41,019 nucleotides of DNA from Candidatus Thalassarchaeaceae archaeon (GTDB lineage Archaea; Thermoplasmatota; Poseidoniia; Poseidoniales; Thalassarchaeaceae), in the NCBI GenBank assembly GCA_030747675.1, contig JASLKH010000099.1:1-41019 (forward strand). Direction: 5' to 3'. The position numbers were made by a program, and so were the translations under genes. The notes beneath the pieces were generated by a model, which saw nothing but the letters and a program-made list of their open reading frames with translations, did no database searches and was not told where the DNA came from. Position 1 is the first letter of the stretch. Every line of letters starts with the position of its first letter. Of the stretch, positions 9,064 to 16,080 are shown piece after piece.

Positions 9064-9633
9064 GGCAGTTAGCCCCAATGATATAAGGAAAGTAATCAGG
9101 CTTGCCAAAATCATTGCATTTTGCAAACTACTCCGGCCTGACTCGGAAGATGATTCTGGAATGAACATCACTTCGTCACATCCTGCCCCAAAACATTCAC
9201 CGATCTCAGGCATAGGGGTACTGTGATCATCTGAACCAACATTCAATCTCACTTCTCTGTATGTGCCATCGGACATTAGATCAATAAGCGTGAAACTACC
9301 AATTAAATCAGTGCTATTGACTGAAAATACCCATGCTGTACGACAATCTGGCTCATTGTCCCAATCACAAGAATTGTTCAATACCCCCGATGAAAATTCT
9401 CCATCATCATCAAAATCATTGTCACCATTCTTGTCATATCCAATATGATGAGTCATATTTTCACGTTCATCGGCATTGATGTACTGTACACTATCGTTGA
9501 CAATCAGATTCACTTCCATTGGATCGTGACGATCTTTGCGCACTATGACACTGAAGTGGTCTGGTTCATGCGCAACTGCTAATCCCGCTAAAAGTGGGAA
9601 AACCAGTACCAGGGACATCACAAGGGCGCGCAT
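8992..9633 (-). CDS. Secreted, C-terminally anchored protein with a cupredoxin-like N-terminal pattern
   Basis: Signal peptide ending AVA-HE. DPMEVNLIVNDSVQYINAD...THHI resembles the plastocyanin-like FxPxxxxxxxGDxVxWxNxDxxxH pattern. C-terminal TM helix. GGAGG precedes ATG 9633. Confidence 0.5.
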   Translation of the reverse strand: MRALVMSLVLVFPLLAGLAVAHEPDHFSVIVRKDRHDPMEVNLIVNDSVQYINADERENMTHHIGYDKNGDNDFDDDGEFSSGVLNNSCDWDNEPDCRTAWVFSVNSTDLIGSFTLIDLMSDGTYREVRLNVGSDDHSTPMPEIGECFGAGCDEVMFIPESSSESGRSSLQNAMILASLITFLISLGLTASILADNRAALAEGGDESEQVELR

Positions 9634-9666
9634 GACTAGGCCTCCCGGCTCAAGGATAAATACAAA

Positions 9667-9683
9667 CCGACCCAAAGGGTCGG
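9667..9683. promoter_or_regulatory. Perfect 7-3-7 inverted repeat CCGACCC-AAA-GGGTCGG in a divergent promoter
   Basis: Read directly; lies between ATAAATA (9656-9662) and ATG 9690. Confidence 0.45.
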
Positions 9684-9689
9684 CTGTGT

Positions 9690-11471
9690 ATGGACGGTAA
9701 GGCACTCGCTTTGGCTACACTACTACTGCTTGGTAGTGGATTGCTGGGGGCTGTGGCTTTCATGGACATGGGTGGAACTGATTCCAATGAAGGTTCAATT
9801 AACGACTCGATGGAAGAAGACCCATTAATCCAAGGAGAAGAACACGATCATCGGGACCCCGCGCATCACAATATGTCCTCATCAAATATCGAGTATGTGG
9901 ATTTCAACCCATTAACAACGCCTGGGAATGCCGAAGTTCAAGTCATGACTGCCCCCGATGGTCGCGTTTATGCTTACCAAGCTGGATGGAATGATGTTCA
10001 CATTACCGATGTGACTGACCCTTACAACACTGTAGTCATGGGCGTATACAACGACCCGAATACACAAGTTCTCGATGTGAAATATATCGAACACAATGGA
10101 AATGAATACCTGATTTTGCAAAACCAATTGGTTGATTCAGGGTATGCGGACCCAAATGTTGGGAATTGGAACGACCCGATTCAAGTCAGTGTGACATTGA
10201 TTGATGTCACAGATAAGACTGAACCATTCTGGGTTGATTCATGGTACGATGCGGACCACCCAACTGGCCCTCACAATCTGTACACGCAGATGATAGATGG
10301 GGAATGGTACATCCTAGTTGCCAATCCAGATTACACCGCTTGTGACATCGGGCAGGGCGATGCCTGTGGAGGTATCACAATTGCACACCTCAACTTCGAT
10401 GGATGGGCAGACTTACCTCGGATTGTGAAGGTTGGAGAAGCAGAAGTCGCATGGGAAACCACCCGGGGTGGCTGGATTTACATTCATGACATGACAAGCC
10501 AAACCTGGCCAGGACAGGATCAAAATGACCCTCGTTATGGACGAACCTACATCTACGGGGCCTATTGGGAAGCGGGATTGAGAATCTTCGACATTAGCGA
10601 TGTGCCTCATCCAACCAACTCACCTGCAGAATACTTGTGGCATGGTTCAACCTGTCGCGCCACCATCGGCACACAAGCAGGATGCACTTGGCGAGCACCG
10701 GAAGTTGGACATTGGGATGACTTCGCAGATTTGGACGGAGATGGTGAACTTGACAGTGGAACTACTGGTAACGAAAACGGAGGGCGTGCATCTTACATCC
10801 ACTACGCTGAACCATTCCCTGAAATGGTTGACACCAGCCATCTTGGTGGCCCAGATGGGGAACGGCACCTGACTGTTCTCGCAGTCGAAGTTATCCAGAC
10901 ATCTGTTGGAACAGGATTGGTCTACCTTTTGGATACTACAAATTACACCCTGAATAATGGTAATCTGCGTTTTGAGCCAAGTTTGTATTCTTCGTGGGAA
11001 ATTCCAACAGCTTGGGAGCATTGCTATGGAAGTTCATGTTCTGATCATGCAAATGATGACGAATGGTTACTATTCAGCCCTCACAACTTAGACAGTGTAT
11101 TTTTCCCAACCAATGAAGATACTTTGCCCGACAACAGTCATGGAGGGACCTGGGATGGTCGCTTGTATGTCAGCCATTACCACGGAGGCATGTGGATTGT
11201 GGATGTTGAAACTCTAATCCATGCAGGATACAATGGCCAAAATCAAAACTCTACAAACATGGAAGCAACCATTGGATTCTATATGCCACATGCTGGAGAA
11301 TATGGGGAACCCCTTGACAGTCAATACTACGATTTTGGGTGGATTCCATTCCTTTGGGCTGTTGAGTACCATGATGGATATGCCTACTCCTCCTGTATCA
11401 CAAGTGGATTGTACATCACGCAATTGGATATTGACAAGCCATATCGCGGTGTTCTGATGAACAATGGATAA
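9690..11471 (+). CDS. LVIVD-repeat beta-propeller surface protein (choice-of-anchor B-like)
   Basis: N-terminal membrane anchor; repeated blades VHITDVTDP, VTLIDVTDK, GPHN, YIHD, YWEAGLRIFDISD, PHN and YVSHYHGGMWIVDV. Confidence 0.75.
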   Translation: MDGKALALATLLLLGSGLLGAVAFMDMGGTDSNEGSINDSMEEDPLIQGEEHDHRDPAHHNMSSSNIEYVDFNPLTTPGNAEVQVMTAPDGRVYAYQAGWNDVHITDVTDPYNTVVMGVYNDPNTQVLDVKYIEHNGNEYLILQNQLVDSGYADPNVGNWNDPIQVSVTLIDVTDKTEPFWVDSWYDADHPTGPHNLYTQMIDGEWYILVANPDYTACDIGQGDACGGITIAHLNFDGWADLPRIVKVGEAEVAWETTRGGWIYIHDMTSQTWPGQDQNDPRYGRTYIYGAYWEAGLRIFDISDVPHPTNSPAEYLWHGSTCRATIGTQAGCTWRAPEVGHWDDFADLDGDGELDSGTTGNENGGRASYIHYAEPFPEMVDTSHLGGPDGERHLTVLAVEVIQTSVGTGLVYLLDTTNYTLNNGNLRFEPSLYSSWEIPTAWEHCYGSSCSDHANDDEWLLFSPHNLDSVFFPTNEDTLPDNSHGGTWDGRLYVSHYHGGMWIVDVETLIHAGYNGQNQNSTNMEATIGFYMPHAGEYGEPLDSQYYDFGWIPFLWAVEYHDGYAYSSCITSGLYITQLDIDKPYRGVLMNNG

Positions 11472-11520
11472 GCGACCTTTCGGCCGATTCATTCAGATAA
11501 TGAGTCTGAGTCCGCTGGCC

Positions 11521-12927
11521 ATGCGCACAAGAGCACCCTCAGTATTCCTACTGACAACTCTGGTATTGTGCACTTCCCTTTCTGGATGCTTTGGAACTGA
11601 AGAAAGTAAACATGAATCCGCTGAATCAATTCTGCAGATTGATTTTGGGGGACCTTCAGATGCTGTGCTCAAAACTGGTGAGTGGCACCAATTCACTTTG
11701 GAAGGGAATGGGCACACTTTGTCAGTGCCCACAGATGTGCTAATCTTCATCAACGGTTCTGTGATTCCCGATGGATTGGCTACAGTAATTGACCAGAAAC
11801 TGAATGGGAAATTGTTGCTAACACCATATGCATCCAATGTTGAACTAACTGTTGGATATCCCGATGGAGCCAGCGAAAGCATCGAGATGAATGTGCAAAA
11901 TGGAACTCCTATCGTAAATGGCGAAGATTGGTTTGAAAAAATGGATTTCATCACCAGTATTTGTTCTGACTCAACAGAATGTGGTGGATATGTAAATCGA
12001 TGGATGGGGTCACCCAATCCCGCATTTGAGCGGGCCGCTTCCTTCTTCCAAGGACATTTTGAAGGACTAGGATACGAAACACACCTACTTCGTGTGATTG
12101 ACACCATGAACCCTACTGAACCTGAAAGTTTGAACATCATTGCTTGGAAACGAGGGGTAGATGATTCCTGTGTACAAGGAATGGGCGCACACATGGATAT
12201 TGCACCACCGGGTGGACCTCCAGGAGGAGGGACTTACGAAGGTGCATACGACAACACCGCAGGCACCGTTAGCATGATGCTATTCGCGAAGGCATTTGTT
12301 GATATCGAAGTAAAATGTGACACATTCCTAGCCCTTTGGTCAAGTGAAGAAGAAGGACTACGCGGGTCGAATGCATTTGCAAACAACGATTGTGACTATT
12401 GTTTGCCTCACGACAAAGAATTGCGATTTTACATCAACATGGATATGATGGGGATATCTTATCCTGCTCTCAAACCAAGCGGTGAACCTTACCCTTACCA
12501 TGCATGGTCTGGACCAGATATTGACCCAGATGAGCAAGATGTGGAAATCACCAGTGTATTGGATTATGTCCATCGTGAAGTTCTACGAGCGCCAATGGAT
12601 TTGCGCATCAATGGAACATATGGTGCTGGATGTGATCAACACTGGGATGACCACGAAAATCTAGTCCTTGATGTTCATGAGGATACATTTGGAAGATCTG
12701 ACCATGTGACATTCAGAAACTTAGGGGCTCAGACCATTTTCCATCTAGGCGCTTATGACGCAGACTACAGCGCATACCACTCCCCCTCGGACACATTGGA
12801 TAATATGGTCGATGTCGTTGGAGGGCAAGAAGAATTGCAGAAGAGTATTGAATTCGTCATGTGGGCTGCAATGCTAGAATTCATGTTCGCAGATCAAAAC
12901 CCCAATATCAGAAATGTTGACGCTTGA
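11521..12927 (+). CDS. M28-family metallopeptidase, lipoprotein-like
   Basis: Lipobox-like LSGC. M28 motifs GAHMD, GAYDNTAGT, SSEEEGLRGS, YINMDMMG, RSDH and YHSPSDT. Start set at ATG 11521. Confidence 0.88.
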   Translation: MRTRAPSVFLLTTLVLCTSLSGCFGTEESKHESAESILQIDFGGPSDAVLKTGEWHQFTLEGNGHTLSVPTDVLIFINGSVIPDGLATVIDQKLNGKLLLTPYASNVELTVGYPDGASESIEMNVQNGTPIVNGEDWFEKMDFITSICSDSTECGGYVNRWMGSPNPAFERAASFFQGHFEGLGYETHLLRVIDTMNPTEPESLNIIAWKRGVDDSCVQGMGAHMDIAPPGGPPGGGTYEGAYDNTAGTVSMMLFAKAFVDIEVKCDTFLALWSSEEEGLRGSNAFANNDCDYCLPHDKELRFYINMDMMGISYPALKPSGEPYPYHAWSGPDIDPDEQDVEITSVLDYVHREVLRAPMDLRINGTYGAGCDQHWDDHENLVLDVHEDTFGRSDHVTFRNLGAQTIFHLGAYDADYSAYHSPSDTLDNMVDVVGGQEELQKSIEFVMWAAMLEFMFADQNPNIRNVDA

Positions 12928-12979
12928 ATCGATTGTTGGGTGCCGATTGATTCAGATACACCTTCGTGGTCGGCGACCT

Positions 12980-14575
12980 ATGCGTCAGCGAGCAGCCATT
13001 GCGTTACTCATGACATTGCTCATGGCTGGAACTTCAATTTCGGGTTGCTTAGGCAATGATGACAACGGGCCACCAACTGCGAGTGATTTAGTCATCAAAG
13101 ACATGGATGGATTACTAGCTGGAACGTGGCAAAATGTCACACTGGTCGCTGAAACTGATTTAGCTGTATACATCCCATATTTCGTTCAAGACCCTGGTTC
13201 AGGTCGCGCACAAAACGGAACTGTGCTCGACATGAAGGATGGATCAACGTACAATATTCGTTGGTTACTGCCACCAAGGAATCTTGAGGCCACATTACTT
13301 GTTGGTGATTATGGCCGAACAGATTGGCCTGTTCGTGCAGCCAACGAGTCATGGAACAATTGGATTCTAGATCCATCCAACGGTGGTGCGATTACAGTCA
13401 GTCCAAACGAAGACCCAAACGGATTGTGGCGCTGGTTGATTGCGCACGATTCCGATGGAGGTTCAGTTGCATCCAAGTCATTCATGACAACACGGCCACA
13501 AAGAAGTGGGTTGACAATGGAAGAGGGTGTTGATGCATCAGGAGGTTGGGTTGATGGTCGTTCAGTCTACGAATGGGTGGAATTCATCACTGATGAAACA
13601 CCTGATCCTCTGGATCTAGCCGATGGAGCAAAAGGATATCTTGATCGTTGGATAGGGAATGGGAACCCTGCATATGAAGATGCAATAACTTACTTCGAAG
13701 GCGTACTGACGGGATATGGATTACGAGTTGAAACACATCGATTCCAATCAGGGACATTGTGGGCTGTCAACATCTGTGGATACAAGGATGGAACCATGTA
13801 TGAAGATGAATGGTTAGTATTTGGTGGCCACTTTGATATTGCTCCGTATGTATCGCCAGTGGGCATTATACCTGGGACAGAAAATTCGGGATACGGGACT
13901 CGAACTGGAGCTTATGACAATACTGCAGGAACTTCGATGGTCTTGACTACAGCAGGTGCTTTGGCTGAATTCGATGCTCGCAGAACCATGGTATTCTGTT
14001 TGTGGTCATCTGAAGAAGAAGGGCTGTGGGGCTCGTCAGCATTTACTGGTGATGTCCCGGATGGAGTCACAATCACAAATTATCTGAATTTAGATATGGC
14101 TGGAATCAACTATCCTGGTGATTATGCTCTATCGGTGTACCTCGGTCCAGATGGTAGTGGAGATGTCGTCGACCAACCCGGAATGTTCCATTTGGCTGAA
14201 TGGATTGGTGCTGATGCATTGGACTTGGCTTACCAAATGGAGCGTGGGGCTGCTGAATGGGCTGCGACTGGTGAGGATCCGCTTTGGCAGCAACAGTATA
14301 CTGACACTGTTGCAATTTACGAATCACCAACAGCACGCAGTGACCATGACCCATTCCAACAAATTGGTGTTGCAACTCTCGGCTGGAACGGTGTGGTCGA
14401 TGGGTATCCTTGTTACCACAAGACCTGTGATAAATTAGAAACCATGGAAGGCTACATGGATACAACGAATGCCACAGGTGAAGCAAATCTCGCTCATTCG
14501 TGGGATATCGTCACATGGTGGGCTGTGTATGCTTTCTTGCACATGGATCAAACTCCTGTGCCAAATGAATTGTGA
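12980..14575 (+). CDS. M28-family metallopeptidase, tandem paralog, lipoprotein-like
   Basis: Lipobox-like ISGC. Motifs GGHFD, GAYDNTAGT, SSEEEGLWGS, YLNLDMAG, RSDH and YHKTCD. Start set at ATG 12980. Confidence 0.88.
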   Translation: MRQRAAIALLMTLLMAGTSISGCLGNDDNGPPTASDLVIKDMDGLLAGTWQNVTLVAETDLAVYIPYFVQDPGSGRAQNGTVLDMKDGSTYNIRWLLPPRNLEATLLVGDYGRTDWPVRAANESWNNWILDPSNGGAITVSPNEDPNGLWRWLIAHDSDGGSVASKSFMTTRPQRSGLTMEEGVDASGGWVDGRSVYEWVEFITDETPDPLDLADGAKGYLDRWIGNGNPAYEDAITYFEGVLTGYGLRVETHRFQSGTLWAVNICGYKDGTMYEDEWLVFGGHFDIAPYVSPVGIIPGTENSGYGTRTGAYDNTAGTSMVLTTAGALAEFDARRTMVFCLWSSEEEGLWGSSAFTGDVPDGVTITNYLNLDMAGINYPGDYALSVYLGPDGSGDVVDQPGMFHLAEWIGADALDLAYQMERGAAEWAATGEDPLWQQQYTDTVAIYESPTARSDHDPFQQIGVATLGWNGVVDGYPCYHKTCDKLETMEGYMDTTNATGEANLAHSWDIVTWWAVYAFLHMDQTPVPNEL

Positions 14576-14584
14576 GGGGAACTG

Positions 14585-15244
14585 ATGAGGCAATTGAGGG
14601 CAGTGCTCCTTTGCATTTGCATTTTGAGCCCAGGGTGCTTATCTTCAGAAACTGAAGATAAAGACATCTTCTACGGCCAAGATTTACCTGCTGATAATCC
14701 TGATTATTCCGTTCCAGAATTTTCATTAATGAATATTGATGCTAATCTGATCAACCTCAGTGACTATGAGGGGCAAGTCGTGATTGTCTCTTTTGTCTAC
14801 ACACGATGCCCTGATGTTTGTCCAATCGTATCCAGTAATCTGCGATGGATTGCACAAAACCTCTCTGACGACTATGGAACTAATTTCAGCATTATTTCGA
14901 TTACTGTCGACCCATGGTGGGATACTCATTACACCTTGAATGATTATGCGACTTTACGCAACCTCAATTGGCCTCACCTAACAGGGGAGGTCGAAGATAT
15001 TGAACCCGTTTGGGAAGCATTCCATGTTGGGCTGCAGACCTATGCAAATTCATCTTACGAAGAGGACAATGGGACACAAGGAAGTTCTGAGACTTCTGGT
15101 CGACATCATCCAGATTACTTAGTCGACCATTCAACTGCAACCATCATCATTGACAAAAATCACCAGCAAAGGGTTAGATGGGACGATTTAGACTGGGAAG
15201 TGGAACTCTTCGCAGAGGACGTTAAGTACCTGATAAACGAGTGA
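14585..15244 (+). CDS. SCO1/SenC-family copper chaperone or thiol-disulfide protein
   Basis: FVYTRCPDVCP (CxxxC), ISITVDPWWDT, LTG, VDHS with the conserved His, and lipobox-like SPGC. Confidence 0.92.
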   Translation: MRQLRAVLLCICILSPGCLSSETEDKDIFYGQDLPADNPDYSVPEFSLMNIDANLINLSDYEGQVVIVSFVYTRCPDVCPIVSSNLRWIAQNLSDDYGTNFSIISITVDPWWDTHYTLNDYATLRNLNWPHLTGEVEDIEPVWEAFHVGLQTYANSSYEEDNGTQGSSETSGRHHPDYLVDHSTATIIIDKNHQQRVRWDDLDWEVELFAEDVKYLINE

Positions 15245-15245
15245 C

Positions 15246-15279
15246 TGCGGACCGATTCTATTCCGCATTTCTACTTTTT
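15246..15279 (+). terminator. Hairpin plus T-tract after the SCO operon
   Basis: TGCGGA...TCCGCA stem followed by TTTCTACTTTTT. Confidence 0.4.
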
Positions 15280-15349
15280 ACCAGAAATCGAGTTTTATTC
15301 GAGAATTGTAGGGAGTATCATTAAGTGCTAGACCTGACCGTTTAGGCTC

Positions 15350-15361
15350 GACCTTAAGGTC
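15350..15361. promoter_or_regulatory. 12-bp palindrome GACCTTAAGGTC centred on a TATA-like TTAAG
   Basis: Read directly; ends 13 nt before ATG 15375. Confidence 0.35.
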
Positions 15362-15374
15362 ATAGAAAAGGAGA

Positions 15375-15986
15375 ATGACAAAAATGGACGGAGAAATGAG
15401 AGAGAAAATCACCATGGGAATGATGGTAGTTTGCTTAGTATTGGCCCTAGTTGCAATGTTTTCAACAAGTTGGCTGGTGTCAGAAGGCGATGAGAGTGAA
15501 GGAGAGCCCGATGCAACATCTAGTCTAACTACGATGTACCTAGAACTAGGTAGTTCGGAAGAGTGCGATGGAACTGTTGCTGTGTATGATGCAATGGACA
15601 TGGAGGCTGAGTGCGACGGTAAGGAGCTTAGCATAGCATGGTCAGAAGTCTGTGATGAAATGGATGACGATGATGCTTGTGATACTGCATCAGCAGGAAT
15701 GACTGCAACTATTTGCATGTGGCTCGGAATTGGAATGGCATTAGTATGTGTACTAATGGCAGTATTGCCAATGGCTGGTGTTGATGCAATGGACAACCTA
15801 CCCGAAATGGCTGGTATGATTGCAAGTTGGGCAGCAGGTGGAATGATGATTCTAGGTCTAATCCTATGGAAGATTATGCTACCAGATGGAGATGCAAGCA
15901 TGGGCATGGCCACTTACATGGCAATTATTGCTGGCGTAATGGGCCTAGCTTCTACAGCAATGAACACGTTCATGGCTGACGAGTGA
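15375..15986 (+). CDS. Four-TM claudin/PMP22-like, Met-rich membrane protein
   Basis: TM1 followed by Trp (FSTSW), a large acidic Cys-containing loop, TM2, TM3, a short loop and TM4 with GxATYMAxxAG. Confidence 0.55.
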   Translation: MTKMDGEMREKITMGMMVVCLVLALVAMFSTSWLVSEGDESEGEPDATSSLTTMYLELGSSEECDGTVAVYDAMDMEAECDGKELSIAWSEVCDEMDDDDACDTASAGMTATICMWLGIGMALVCVLMAVLPMAGVDAMDNLPEMAGMIASWAAGGMMILGLILWKIMLPDGDASMGMATYMAIIAGVMGLASTAMNTFMADE

Positions 15987-16031
15987 TAAAGTACTCACAA
16001 TTACTTGAAGAAAACACAAGATAACACAACG

Positions 16032-16072
16032 GGCACAGTAGGGGCTTAGGTCCCTGCTGTGCCTTTTTTTTT
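16032..16072. terminator. Bidirectional intrinsic-terminator-like hairpin
   Basis: GGCACAGTAGGGGC-TTAG-GTCCCTGCTGTGCC forms a 14-bp stem with two G-U pairs, followed by T9 on +. A T-rich tract also follows on the - strand. It lies between convergent genes. Confidence 0.7.
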
Positions 16073-16080
16073 GTTTCAAA

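Noticed and set aside
10720-10760. DxDxDG loops in secreted proteins (M6, LVIVD, cupredoxin-like, giant protein ectodomain) as a signalling system
   Set aside because: Such Ca2+-binding loops are common structural features of marine extracellular proteins.
12914-12979. Twin-arginine signal (RGRRP) on the second M28 peptidase
   Set aside because: It lies upstream of the likely ATG 12980, needs a TTG start overlapping the previous gene and does not fit S/T-R-R-x-F-L.
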